DNA of 55,573 nucleotides, taken from Octopus bimaculoides (taxonomy: Eukaryota). The notes beneath the pieces were generated by a model, which saw only the letters and a list, made by a program, of their open reading frames with translations, was not told the DNA's origin and did not search any database. The stretch covers positions 2,167,363 to 2,222,935 of the forward strand of contig NC_068992.1 of the NCBI RefSeq assembly GCF_001194135.2, written 5' to 3'. A program made the position numbers and the translations under genes. Position 1 is the first letter of the stretch, and each line of letters begins with the position of its first letter. This document shows positions 13,746-27,073 of the stretch, one piece after another.

Positions 13746-14764
13746 NNNNNNNNNNNNNNNNNNNNNNNNNNNNNNNNNNNNNNNNNNNNNNNNNNNNNNN
13801 NNNNNNNNNNNNNNNNNNNNNNNNNNNNNNNNNNNNNNNNNNNNNNNNNNNNNNNNNNNNNNNNNNNNNNNNNNNNNNNNNNNNNNNNNNNNNNNNNNNN
13901 NNNNNNNNNNNNNNNNNNNNNNNNNNNNNNNNNNNNNNNNNNNNNNNNNNNNNNNNNNNNNNNNNNNNNNNNNNNNNNNNNNNNNNNNNNNNNNNNNNNN
14001 NNNNNNNNNNNNNNNNNNNNNNNNNNNNNNNNNNNNNNNNNNNNNNNNNNNNNNNNNNNNNNNNNNNNNNNNNNNNNNNNNNNNNNNNNNNNNNNNNNNN
14101 NNNNNNNNNNNNNNNNNNNNNNNNNNNNNNNNNNNNNNNNNNNNNNNNNNNNNNNNNNNNNNNNNNNNNNNNNNNNNNNNNNNNNNNNNNNNNNNNNNNN
14201 NNNNNNNNNNNNNNNNNNNNNNNNNNNNNNNNNNNNNNNNNNNNNNNNNNNNNNNNNNNNNNNNNNNNNNNNNNNNNNNNNNNNNNNNNNNNNNNNNNNN
14301 NNNNCAGAGCGCTGCAATAAGTTTCTGAATCTAAGAGGGGAACGTGTCGAATAAAATCACAATTAACTGATCCTCCTGTATTTTCTTTTACTCAAAGTAA
14401 GGAAATTTTCAGCACCATCCTCGTATATTTATATATAATCATACATATGCCGTAAACTCTTCTATATGTAAACATGTTTAGTCTTGTAGAAAAGGTTGTT
14501 TTGCGTTAAATCCCAAGTCGGTGCGAGCACGTGATGAAAGACTAGGCTCCAACGTGATAGTTGAGTCTCCGGAGACTTTCCACAAGCTTACCATTTCAGC
14601 TACATTAGTTTTCAATTAGTCGTAGAGTACCATAAGCATTGTGTTACGTGCAAAATATGGTGATCGTTTCACAAACATCGAACAAAATTAATTCTACCTT
14701 TAACGAACGGTTTATGTTCACATAATACGCACACAATTATATACACACACTTATAACATATGTG

Positions 14765-14937
14765 ACCATATATATATATATATATATATACCTATATGTG
14801 GGTATATATGTGTGTGTTTCTATGTATATATGGTCTGTCCGCGTGAATATGAGTGCGTGTATTTGTGAGTGTATGTATGTTTGTATGTACGTGTGGCTGC
14901 ATAATTATGTGTGCGTGCATATGTGTGTGTGTATGTA

Positions 14938-14978
<41 letters not shown>

Positions 14979-14991
14979 GTGCGCGTGCCTC

Positions 14992-15030
<39 letters not shown>
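14765..15030. repeat. (AT)n/(TG)n compound microsatellite
   Basis: Seen directly. Confidence 0.9.
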
Positions 15031-15560
15031 CAATTCATTTTAATAGAACCGCTGTTTGATGCCGTCTGCACCTTTCAATAACAGACCGATCGATAATGAC
15101 TTATAGAAAAATATAGCCTATTGTTGATATGTAGTTTAGTATTAAATATTTTCCGTTAAGTAACAGTATTAGATAAATTTTACGAATCAACTTATTCACT
15201 TCATCTCCACTATTTCAGAATTAGTAAACGGTGTTTTTTTTTGTTGTTGTTAGACAAGTCCACCAAGTGGCAACTAGTGCAAGGTAAATCCCCCATCTTC
15301 AGGTGAAATGGAACATTGAAGATTAGCGGAGTAGTTTACGATAATTGATTAGTTTAGTCATTAAGTAGAAGGAAAGGTAGGATGAAGAGATTAAGGAGAG
15401 AAAAAAGGGAAAGAAAACAGACAGTGAGATTAAATGAGTGGTATCGGCATACGTATGAACGTGTGTGTGTATGTGCGTGTGTGTGTGAATTTATGTTTGC
15501 GTGTCTATCTATACATCTATCTCGCTTTCTTTCTCGCTCTCTCTCCCTCTCTTTCTCCGA

Positions 15561-15596
<36 letters not shown>

Positions 15597-15839
15597 GTGT
15601 GTGTGTGTGTGTTAAACAAGATATAAGTTAGAGGTTATACAATCATCAAAGGGATAGATGTATCTGTAGGCACTCCTGGTGTATTACCTCAGTGTGTATA
15701 GTCCTCGTTATACGGTAGTAGGTAATTTAAAGGTAAAACCGTGGTGTATATGTATATATATATATGTACATATGTATATATACACATATATAAATATATA
15801 TATATACATGCATTCATAAGTATACTCTAGCATTACATA

Positions 15840-15880
<41 letters not shown>

Positions 15881-16904
15881 TAAATTATAGGGTGGCAAAG
15901 AAAATTTTAGAAATTTTATTTACCACCAGTGGCCTAGCGAGAGTAAAAACAGTCAATAGACTATGTATTATTCATTAGAAATGCAGAGACGCCTATAATA
16001 GGACATCTACTCGCTAGAAATAGCAGCAAAAATACTACATACCACAAAAGTTAGGGATAATTTCGAAAGGAAATGAAAAATAAAAACTTTTACCAATCTA
16101 TATTCTGTACCATGGTTTCAAGTCAATTTTAGTAAGATAAAGATTATATCTTACANNNNNNNNNNNNNNNNNNNNNNNNNNNNNNNNNNNNNNNNNNNNN
16201 NNNNNNNNNNNNNNNNNNNNNNNNNNNNNNNNNNNNNNNNNNNNNNNNNNNNNNNNNNNNNNNNNNNNNNNNNNNNNNNNNNNNNNNNNNNNNNNNNNNN
16301 NNNNNNNNNNNNNNNNNNNNNNNNNNNNNNNNNNNNNNNNNNNNNNNNNNNNNNNNNNNNNNNNNNNNNNNNNNNNNNNNNNNNNNNNNNNNNNNNNNNN
16401 NNNNNNNNNNNNNNNNNNNNNNNNNNNNNNNNNNNNNNNNNNNNNNNNNNNNNNNNNNNNNNNNNNNNNNNNNNNNNNNNNNNNNNNNNNNNNNNNNNNN
16501 NNNNNNNNNNNNNNNNNNNNNNNNNNNNNNNNNNNNNNNNNNNNNNNNNNNNNNNNNNNNNNNNNNNNNNNNNNNNNNNNNNNNNNNNNNNNNNNNNNNN
16601 NNNNNNNNNNNNNNNNNNNNNNNNNNNNNNNNNNNNNNNNNNNNNNNNNNNNNNNNNNNNNNNNNNNNNNNNNNNNNNNNNNNNNNNNNNNNNNNNNNNN
16701 NNNNNNNNNNNNNNNNNNNNNNNNNNNNNNNNNNNNNNNNNNNNNNNNNNNNNNNNNNNNNNNNNNNNNNNNNNNNNNNNNNNNNNNNNNNNNNNNNNNN
16801 NNNNNNNNNNNNNNNNNNNNNNNNNNNNNNNNNNNNNNNNNNNNNNNNNNNNNNNNNNNNNNNNNNNNNNNNNNNNNNNNNNNNNNNNNNNNNNNNNNNN
16901 NNNN

Positions 16905-16950
<46 letters not shown>

Positions 16951-17564
16951 TTATACATATGAATATATATATATATGTGTGTGTTTGTGTGTCTGAGTGT
17001 GTGTGTGTGTGTATTACATACATTGCATATGTATGTTTGTATTGTGTAAAGTGATAAATAAATAGTTATAGATTCAGATAGAGTGCGTGTGTGTGAAAGA
17101 TAGCGAAAGAGAAGTAAGTGTCGGTGGTTGTACCGCTTGTGCTTGTGGTGCGTGAGTGGGGGTGGGGCGACGGATAAGAAAGAATAATGTGCGGTTTTGA
17201 AAGAGAGCAGCTCTTATGAAAAGAAGATAATGATCTCAGCGAAAGTGATTATTTCATTAAAAATGCATTTTCTACAAATTCTGAAGATGACACATGTTGA
17301 ATAAAACAAACCAGGGAAACGCTAGTGAAATATCATATTTAAACAGATTATGATGAAGTCGAAATCGTTAATATTAGATAATGAAAGAATTGTTTAGATT
17401 TGTCGAAACATTCTGCTGCTGCTGTTAATATATGTCACTCGGTTACATTATATTAGTGCAGATATTGCTCGATATAAATTACCTTAGACACTATGCTATA
17501 TGCATTTGCAGAGGGTGTTCTTACAATATACGGAGTAATGGAGTATGTAGTGTTCTTTGCATTT

Positions 17565-17769
17565 AAGGTGCCGGGCTGGCACGTCGGGCGAAATTCTTTC
17601 GTCTGCCGTTACGTTCTGAGTTCAAATTCCACCGAGGTCGACTTTGCCTTTCATCCTTTCGAGGTCAATAAATTAAGTACCAGTTGGTTACTGGGATCGA
17701 TGTAATCGACTGGCCCCTCCTCCTCAAAATTTCGGGCCTTGTGCCTAAAGTAGAAAAGAAAAGATTATT
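17565..17769 (+). mobile_element. SINE family A copy, tail type 1, internal deletion in head
   Basis: B-box GAGTTCAAATTCC, GTCGACTTTGCCTTTCATCCTTTCGAGGTCAATAAATTAAGTACCAG, tail CGGGCCTTGTGCCTAAAGTAGAAAAG. Confidence 0.85.
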
Positions 17770-18299
17770 TTTTGTATAGTAAATCTTGAATAATAGACAA
17801 TATAGTTTGCGGGTTCCAGTGTATCGATCAGTGGTTCATTGGATTATTAACTTTGAGAGTGACAGGGACGTCTTTGTATTTTAGTGAAGAATTAAAAGCT
17901 GAGGGACTTCTTTCGGAAATCATTGGCGTAAATAAATAGACTTACGACGGCCAAAACACAGAATTTAGGTCCAGAGGCTGATGGACAGATTTAAAAAGAT
18001 CATTAATGGGAAATGTTAAGAAAAGGATAGAAATTGAACAGATGTAGAACAGATCTGATTGGGAAACGGACTTCTTTCTCACACAGGTATACTTGCACCC
18101 AAATTATACTCGCATACGTCTGACAGGATCGTAATTTTCCTTGATTCCAGATAAATGGCAACTTGTGGTGCAAGTTGAGATTTCTGTGGAAGAAACGAAA
18201 AAAAAAATAAAGCGATGTGACTGTAAACGAGAGTCTTGAAATATGTGTGTGTGCGTGTTCGTGTGTATGTGCGTGTGTTCGTGTATTTGTATAAGGCTT

Positions 18300-18364
<65 letters not shown>

Positions 18365-18374
18365 NNNNNNNNNN

Positions 18375-18455
<81 letters not shown>

Positions 18456-18470
18456 GGTAGTAGGTAGGTC
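18300..18470. repeat. (AT)n-(AG)n-(ACAG)n-(AGGT)n compound microsatellite
   Basis: Seen directly; spans a 10-N gap. Confidence 0.95.
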
Positions 18471-19229
18471 GGTAGATAAGTTGGTACACAGGCAGATAGA
18501 TAGATAGGCAGACATATATATCCATATATATATTTATATACATGCATACGTGTATACATGCATATATGCACACACACGAACGTATATATGTAGTGTGATA
18601 TCTTTAGAGAAACATACACCAATTTCATTACTCCGAGTTCCCCTACTGAGCGTAATCGTCAGAAGAGAATACAGCATCAGAGCGGTAAAATTTCTCCAGT
18701 CGAATCGATTTGGATTCCTCTGTAGATGTGTAAAATCCTCGTTCAGTTTTATTACCCCCCAAGTTACCCTTAAGACACAAGATATGAAACCATGAACAGC
18801 AAAATGATACAAGCTGAACTATAACCGATAAACGTCGTATTAACCGGTTATTGAGTTCGTTTTTGTCTCGTTTTGGTTTTGGTTTTCAAGTTTCCCAGTC
18901 TATGTGATCTCACAGACACATTACTAATTAACAAACTAATTATATATGTACGTATGAGTGTATATATATTTATATATGTATATGCGTGTGTGTGGTTGTG
19001 TTAGTGATTTTTTTTTTGTGGTGTATGCGTGCGAATGTACTGAATGACCGTGTTTACTAAATATATAGATATATATATGTGTGTGTGTTTACTGTATTAT
19101 ACTATACCATTCAAAATATACCATTTCACTTCCTTACGTCATGATCTGGAATTGTCTGCAATTTATTATTCATAATTTCGTTGATTGCATTATTTTTTAA
19201 TTCTTTAATTTCGTTGTAATGATTGTCGT

Positions 19230-19283
19230 CGTCATCATCATCATCATCATCATTACCACCACCACCAATACCGCCACCATCAT

Positions 19284-19324
<41 letters not shown>

Positions 19325-19415
19325 GCAGTAATAGTAACAACAGTAGTAGCAGCAGCAGCAGTAGCAGTAGCAATAACTGCAATAGCGACAACAGCAGCAA
19401 CAGTTGCAGTTGTAG
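19230..19415. repeat. Compound trinucleotide repeat (CAT/ACC/CAG/AGT)
   Basis: Seen directly; source of the poly-S, poly-L and poly-M ORFs. Confidence 0.95.
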
Positions 19416-19629
19416 CATAACACTGTACGATCTAGTATTTTGTCATGTTCCATATTTGTCGAAATGTTTTATTCATTGTGGTAGTAAAATCAAACCCGGC
19501 GTTCGATTTTACTTGGCCCCGTCAGCAAAAATCTTGTGAACTGCTTGGGGTCGTTTAGCTCTGTGTTAACTCTCGTCGATAAAAGACCCTCACCATCCCC
19601 ACCATCCCCATGAACATCTGGTCTTTCTT

Positions 19630-19860
19630 ATTTCTTTATTGCCCACAAGGGGATAAACATAGAGGGGACAAACAAAGACAGACAAAGGGATTGAGTCAAT
19701 TATATCGACCCAGTGCGTAACTGGTACTTATTGAATTGACCACGAAAGGATGAAAGGCAAAGTCGACCTCGGCGGAATTTGAACTCAGAACGTAGCGGCA
19801 GACGAAATACCGCTCAGCATTTCGCCCGGTCTGCTAACGTTTCTGCCAGTTTGCTGCCTT
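19630..19860 (-). mobile_element. SINE family A copy, near full length, tail type 2
   Basis: Reverse strand reads AAGGCAGCAAACTGGCAGAAACGTTAGCAGACC...GAGTTCAAATTCCGCCGAGGTCGACTTTGCCTTTCATCCTTTCG...AAGTACCAG, then a different tail ending CCCCTTGTGGGCAATAAAGAAAT. Confidence 0.9.
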
Positions 19861-20950
19861 TCTACGGGAGTGTACAATTTCGTTGTCCAATGTGTACCAG
19901 TAATATAATGGTTCTCCAGTTGTGTGGACTTCGAGATCCAGAGAAAACACAAAACATTAATGCTACAATTTCACACGAAAACTTTAGTTTTGTTTTTTTT
20001 TTTTTCTATTTTCTAATAGGCAAAACGCTTCAACGTTCGATTAGAAAATACAGAAAGTAATTGTTCATCTTGTTTTATTACACCTCTTTCACTGTCCCTT
20101 TCTTGATTCAGGCATTGATCTCCGGCCATACTGGAGTACCACATTCAGTATAATAAAATTTTAACATGTTTTGTAAGAGAGCATCCATTTTCTAGAACCT
20201 AAAATTGTACTTTTAAATATTCCCGGCCCACCGTTTGGCAACCACTGCAGTAGAGATTACAAATAGATTTGGCTGTTGTTTTTAATTGATCATAAATGTT
20301 CACTGTGTCAAGTTAATTAAACTTACCTTCATTTCACATTAGTTTTGTGCGTGTATACATGTGTGTGTGTGTATGTCATTATTCAATTTTCTACCAAGAT
20401 TTTTTTGCCAATATAGAAGGAAATCTTGAAATAAACTGAAAGAAGAGTACTCATAGAGTGCAAACCTCCGCCGAGGCAATACGAACGTCCTCTCAACGGT
20501 TAACAAAAGATAATTTTTAAAATGAGAAGATCTGAAATAAACTCGTCTGCTCTCACAAACGAGAAGACTGAAAATGAACCCGTGCGCTCTCAAAAATTAA
20601 GTAAAAACACTGGAAAAATAAACCAAAATTCTTGTCCGGCCCGGATCAATCCAAAAATCTAATCAGTTTGCATTAGGCACGAGCTCAAACATCCCAGAAA
20701 ATTTCATTCGAATCCATCCAGTTCTTGAGATATCTTGTTCATGGACAAACTAACAATCAAACAAACACGACTGAAAAACAATACCTCTGCCTTAGCGAAG
20801 GCGGAGGTAATAATGACACACACACACACACATATATTACACATACTTAAATATATATATGTGTGCGTATGTATACGACTAGTCGCTGTATAGTGACTGT
20901 AAAGAAACACTTATTCACAATTTATTTGCTGGGAGTGATACCATTGTAAA

Positions 20951-21030
20951 AGACATTTTACAAATTTGTCGCATAGTGAGACTGAACCATAGACCGCGTA
21001 GTCATGAAGTTCTTCGTAACCAAATAGCCA
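20951..21030 (-). mobile_element. SINE family C decayed head
   Basis: Minus strand TGGCTATTTGGTTACG...GGTTCAGTCTCACTATGCG...AAATGTCT aligns with 34091-34170. Confidence 0.55.
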
Positions 21031-21578
21031 TACATGTACCTTTGATGTACGTATTTTATTTTGTTTTTGTCCATATATTTATAAATGTTATACTATTTTA
21101 CAGACGACCTTAAAATTATTCCTTTTATGTTCCGTTAGTTTTTCTAAGTTTTCAGTTTTTCTATCGGTGCCTTTATAGAACGGTTTCTATAACATGGACT
21201 TTCACCCACTTTTTCTGCAAATTTCTTTGTTTCTATTTTTATTCTTACTACAAAAATATCCTCACTTCATTCCAGAAAATATTTTCATCAGCAAGCATTG
21301 CCACAATGAAACGCCGGATATTTCTCTCTATCTATCTCTATCTCTCTCTCATAGCTGACGGAATTCTTGCTTCTAAAACTACAAATCATCTTTCAAGTAC
21401 TTTATCATCCTATATCAACCAACACCCACGTGTCTTTTCTATCTGGTGTCTTACTTCGCCCAAATAAATGCATTAAATTTCTCTATAACGTCTCCAGACA
21501 CGTCTACACTGTTCATACACTGTCTTCCGAACTATCAACCATTTAAATCTTCGTACACTCTCTTTCTCTCTTGTGTAC

Positions 21579-22121
21579 TTATATACACACACGCTACACT
21601 ATGTACATACCTACACATCCCTCTGTTACACATCAATTTTCTCTCACACACACACTCCAGCAGATATTGGTCAACAATCACGTTAGGGCAGCGGACTCGC
21701 GGTTTCGAGTCCCAGACCCGGCGTTGTGTGAGTTTATTGAGCGAAAACTCTTAAAGCTCCACGTGGCTCTGGCGGGGGGTAGTGGCGACTCCTGCTGTAC
21801 TTTTTTCTTTCTTTCTTCCTATTTCCCTTGAACCTGTATTTCAAAGGGGCCAGCCTTGCCATACTCTGTGTCACGCTGAATCTCCCCGAGAACTACGCTA
21901 AAGGTACACGTGTCTGTGGAGCACTCAGCCACTTGTACGTTAATTTCACGAGCAGGCTGTTTCGTTGATTGGATCAACTGGAACCCTCGTCGTCGTAACC
22001 GACGGAGTGTCGTATTATATACACACACGCTACACAACGTACGTACGCACACATCCCTCTATTATACATTTTCTCTCTCACTCATACACACATTCCATCA
22101 GATATTGGCCAACAAACACGT
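21579..22121 (+). repeat. Diverged ~105-bp direct repeat pair (21579-21683 and 22015-22121) bracketing a SINE
   Basis: Both copies read TTATATACACACACGCTACAC...CACATCCCTCT...TTTTCTCTC...CAGATATTGGYCAACAA.CACGT. Confidence 0.85.
21681..22012 (+). mobile_element. SINE family B copy, 5'-truncated
   Basis: B-box-like GGTTTCGAGTCCC, GGCGTTGTGTG, and tail CTGTGTCACGCTGAATCTCCCCGAGAACTACGCTAAAGG...GGATCAACTGGAACC matching the 7412-7726 copy. Confidence 0.85.
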
Positions 22122-23519
22122 CATCCCTTTTCCCCCACCAACAACCCACCTGCATTCACTTCTCTCACTGTCCAATCAAAATAGTCAACACTATTCTCAA
22201 TATATCTAGTATATGTCAACTATTAACATTTCAACATCTCTACTGTGTAGTCAGTCACTCTATTATGTATTTCTATGAGTCAACAATGGCCAATTTAGAA
22301 ATAAATATATTTTTAATCGTTATACACAAGTAGTTATCTAACTTTAAACTTTAGTAAATATAGCTTTGCCGTGAATGCTTTTAAGCTGATGTCTAAGCCC
22401 CCCCCTTCCTCCTACTCCTTCTCTTTCTGTCAGTCTCCCTCCCTCACTATTTATTGTCACCATTAAATTGATTACATTAAAATTGTTGATTATTGATTAC
22501 AATGCTAATGTTTTTAATGGCTAAGGATTTTTTAAAATAATATTTACATCGTAACTCTGAGTAGAGATCGAAAATCCTTTACAATTTTTCTATTTGATTT
22601 TTCTCTTTCATCTGTTTATAACACAAAAAGACATATTTTCTACAATTTTCTCTCATACTCTGTTTAAATCTCTTCATTTCTCAGTCTGTAACTAATCATA
22701 TATTTACATTCTTCGGTGTTCTACTTGGGTTAGATGTCTTTTCAGTTAGGTCTGTTGCTTTTATTAATTTTTTAAAAATCCTTTTATTTGTGTAGGAGGA
22801 CGGCGATGCTACAGAATTGTTATCTTTCATTTTCCTAATTTTCCTGGGGTCTATAAATAAGTCGTAGTCAAATATTTGAAGTTTCTATAAATTGGCGTCA
22901 CTCCCACTTTACGTTCTTACAACCAAGTTAGAAATTACAGTAGGCGAGATCGATAGTCACAACGGCAAATGACCATGAGTCTGTTTTGTTGATGACCTCT
23001 AGGAAAAAAGTAACATAGCCCCAGATTATTAAAAACATCCTCTTCGTTCACTACAACATTTTAATTTGTCTCCCTTGATTTTCGTGGCCAGAGATAATCA
23101 TTATGATAATTAATTTTATTACGGGTATAATGTTACTGAATTAAAATGCCGTGGTTCATATGAAGAAATACGTTGGTGCTCACCTTATGTAATGATGATT
23201 ATTTATGTTGAATTATGTTCTTTCTTTGGACGATAAATGAAATGATTTGTTGATAGTTCCATCTTAGTTACGTTGCTTTACGTCCAGTATTCAAATGTTG
23301 CGTGTTGAACTTGAGAATTGATCTTCTGAGGCTGATAAATCAGCAATAGAGAAGTGGCAGGGATCGTTCGTACCAATTATACCCAATGTAGCTTTGTACT
23401 TTTGTCCTAAAGCATCATCATCAATGAATAGTGCTATGAGTGTTTGCTTTCGCCTTGTTTTCAGACAGACAGACATATAGATAGATAGAATTAATCTCAA
23501 AATATAAACGAAGAAAAAA

Positions 23520-23688
23520 CACAACAAACTAAAATCAACAACGTTAGGATGTAGTTCGTGCAAAGTATTAAAAGACGCTTACGGAAGGAAAGAAACGGTG
23601 TTTTATGTTTCGAGTAAAGCTCTTCTTCAGAAACAGGAGACAGAGGAAAGTCGAAGAGAAAAGGAAGACGGAGGAAAAAATCGCCAAC
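23520..23688 (-). mobile_element. Short interspersed repeat F, probable Penelope-like-element terminal-repeat derivative
   Basis: Collinear with 50200-50359 (ATCAACAACG...AGACGC...GGAAAGAAA...TCGAG.AAAGCTCTT...AGAGGAAAGT...GGAAGACGGAG...TCGCCAAC). Hammerhead-like motif at 23599-23635. Confidence 0.7.
23599..23635 (-). ncRNA. Minimal type I hammerhead-like motif with canonical core
   Basis: TGTTT CTGAAGA A GAG CTTTA CTC GAA ACAT A AAACA: 5-bp stem I, CUGAAGA/GAAA core, stem II GAG/CTC. Stem III is ACAT rather than ACGT. Confidence 0.55.
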
Positions 23689-25481
23689 AAACCACATGTA
23701 GTTACATTTTGAAAATGTATATATATATATAAAGGAAAGGTGTTTATATTTGTATACTTTTGAGGACGAAATCGCCTTCAGTGCGTTGGGCGTCGTCTAC
23801 CTCATACCACGGGGGACATAACACCTGGTATTTTGGGGAATAAATTAAATTTTCTGTTTCTGATTACGTTCAAATTAGAACGCTTTCTTGTCAAAAAAGC
23901 ATCTCTTATAATAAACGTAACTATACCGAGATCAATAAATATATTAATTAATTAATTAATTACTAAATGAACAAATTTAATTTCACTACAAAACTCACCT
24001 ATTGTGCACTAAAAAAATCTAATAGAGTTAACAATGTCAGTTTGAACAATTTGAACGATAATATTAGCAACAACAACAACAGCTTCTTCAAACGAAAACA
24101 ACAAACCAATTTTAATGAGCAAAATTATGGTTTACAGTGAGACAATAGAGAAAGAAAAATCGATTCGTTTGTTAATATTATTAGAAATAAGGACATACTG
24201 AGCATGTGTAACCTAACAGAGAAAATGTTTACCTAAGTAATCTCTGACCAAGAAAGGGAAGTTTTACATAAAGGACTTCACTCCAAGTTTAAATAGGGAA
24301 GAAGCTCATGTCTCTATATCTCTGAAAGCACAGAGATATTCCTCTCTTTAGCATCAACTAAAGATAGTTTTTGCTGGTTTGGGGAGCGATATTTTCATCA
24401 GTCCAGGCGAGACTGATGGAAACGTACGACTCGTTTCAAACTGAGATGGAAGCGAGAAAGCAAGGCGACCTGATGTGTCAAACTTACCAAAAGTGTAAAG
24501 CACAATACAGGAGATGATGCATCATGAGTTGGGGTGTCACCGAAATGACTACAAAAGACATGTACGTGTGTGAGCTCTGTAAGCAGACGGAAATTGCCAT
24601 CATCTCCTGAAGACTGCTAGTCTATTTCGGTTCTACTCCTCGTCATGTATGAGGCTGGTAGTAGAGAGCAAAAATCTTAGTTGCTACGTGTGTAACAGTA
24701 AGAGCCATTTAAGTGTTTTATGAATCTTTGTGAAACAGAAAATAAGAGAACAGCGGCAGGTCACACTAATTGTTGTCCCCTGTTTGTAAAGAAACGGTCA
24801 CTGGCTACAACAATTTGATGTTGTTTGGTCATTCAGAGGAGCAGAGATCTCCTTGTAGGGAAAATAGATGACGTTAGAAAATGAAGGTGTTTTGTTAATG
24901 AAAAAGAAACATTGCGAAAATATTAGAAAACCTATTCAGATGATAGACTGTTATTCGTGAATATTGGATACATGCGGTGGGTGGAATTTTGATGCACTAC
25001 GTTCCAATACAAGGAATTACAGGTGAACAGAGACGTGAGGTGTTATGGCCCCTAACCTGGGGTGGCGTATTTCTCAGCTATTTTTCAGTAGCTTACTTTG
25101 TTTCATATATTTTGTGGAACGAATTTTTAACCATTTTTAACGTGGATTTACTAGTGAGTCTTAACGCATTGTTTGGAGTGTGTGTATGGCGTCTGTTTTG
25201 TATACCCATATGTAAATCTCCAAAAGTCATGTAATTATTTAGTGTTACTCTTATTTGAAACCGTAATAATATTGTTGCTGCTACAATGCTGTTGTTACTG
25301 CTATGTTTGTTGTTGTTGCGATAATTCTTCATACACTTGTTTGCAGCTCACACACACCATTTGTTGTTGTCATTGTCGACATATTTACTTTTAACCTATC
25401 GAAAAATTACATTAATATCCATTGATTTCATTGTTTCAGCCTCTCTCAATATCACTACCACCATCCCCTCTTCTCTTTTCC

Positions 25482-25527
<46 letters not shown>

Positions 25528-25537
25528 NNNNNNNNNN

Positions 25538-25578
<41 letters not shown>

Positions 25579-25986
25579 TTCTATTTCCTACCATTTTTCT
25601 CTCTCTCACATTCTTTCACACTTCTACATAAATGGATTCTTGTTAACTGAAGGACAACATTTCAAACAATTCCACAATAAAAGGAACAACTGTGTGACAC
25701 ACTTTTAAGTCTTTGTGACGTAAGCGAAGTCAATTCAGTCCACCGGCAGCAATGGCTGACCATAAACCTCATCGATTCTTAAATTGGGGTCTCCTCAGAA
25801 ACGAATCACTTTCACCATTCTCTTCCATTATTTCACTGTTCCCTTCCATCCCTGCCTCTCTCTCCGTAAACTTTCTATACCACCCACACAGATAGTAAAC
25901 TGTTAGACAGGTGTGTGTATACGAACATAAAGAAAATTAATATATGTGTATACAGTAACGGATATATATATATATATATACATCAT

Positions 25987-26200
25987 AATAATCCTTTCCA
26001 CTACAAGAACAGGGCCTGAAATTTTAGGAGGAGTGGGGTTGATCCATTACATAGACCCTAGTACTCTACAGCTGTTTATTTCATTGACCTCGAAAGGATG
26101 AAAAGCAACGCCGACGTCCGCGAAATGTGAACTCACAATGTAAGAAATATCGGCAGGTATTTTTATCGGCGTGCTAACGATTCTCTCAGCTTGTGACCTT
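25987..26200 (-). mobile_element. SINE family A copy, diverged, tail type 1
   Basis: Plus strand GACCTCGAAAGGATGAAAAGCAACGCCGAC...TGAACTCAC...GGCGTGCTAACGATTC is the reverse complement of the family A head and centre; the tail CCTTTCCACTAC...GGGCCTGAAATTTT matches the copies at 10318 and 17565. Confidence 0.8.
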
Positions 26201-27073
26201 AATAACAAAACAAAAAGGAAATAGTTTTTGAGTCTTCGTGTGTGATTTTATGACTGACTTGCATAAAAAAAAAGAGAAACAGCAAAGAAGTAGTGAGAGC
26301 TCAGTGAATCACCTTCAATTATAATTTCATTTAACACGACCACGTACTCACAACAACGCCGTCTTATCAACATCGACATCTGTTCATTATCATACGAGTT
26401 ACACAAATGTACTTGATTGACATTGATAGTATTTCGATCAGATAGATCTCTATCTCACCCCTCCCCCCTCTCTCTCTCTCTTTCTTTAATACGCCGCTTA
26501 CTCCTCTCTCTCTTCCTCTTTTGGTTCATGTACAAATATGTGTGTGTGTGTTTGTCTATGGTAGCGTTATATATGGAGGTGTTTATAAAGATATGAGGAA
26601 AATATCTATATGTTTGTCCATGCGTGCATATACAATCACATACACACACGTAGGCGCACATACACATAAGGCGCGCGCGCGCACACACACACACATACAT
26701 GCACACATTTATGTACAAAAGAACAGCGAAGGTTAAAAAGTCGTCTGCACATGAAACAGACAAAAAGTGAATGAAATGAAAGATGAGACTAAATAAATAC
26801 AATAATAATAATAATAATGATGATAATAATAATAATAATGATCTTTCGAATCTTTGAAAATAGAAGCATGTTAAAAGTATAAATAATATTTTGTCACTAA
26901 TAAATGGGCATGAACATATTCCCGGACACATACATATGTGTGTGTGTCACATTATATATATATATATATACATACACACACACACACAAAAAAAGAGAGA
27001 GAGACAGAGATAGAGATACGCGTATTGGTTTATTTATATATTGTAGTATAATATATGTGCATTAAAGGAACTG

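Noticed and set aside
24394-24437. Two abutting hairpins containing CTGATG and GAAAC
   Set aside because: The hammerhead parse needs A9 and G12 but finds G and C; the topology does not fit.
24469-24585. Cys-rich frame CQTYQKCKAQYRR*C...YVCELCK, PHD-finger-like
   Set aside because: It has an internal stop, lacks the His, and the spacing is off; too weak to call.
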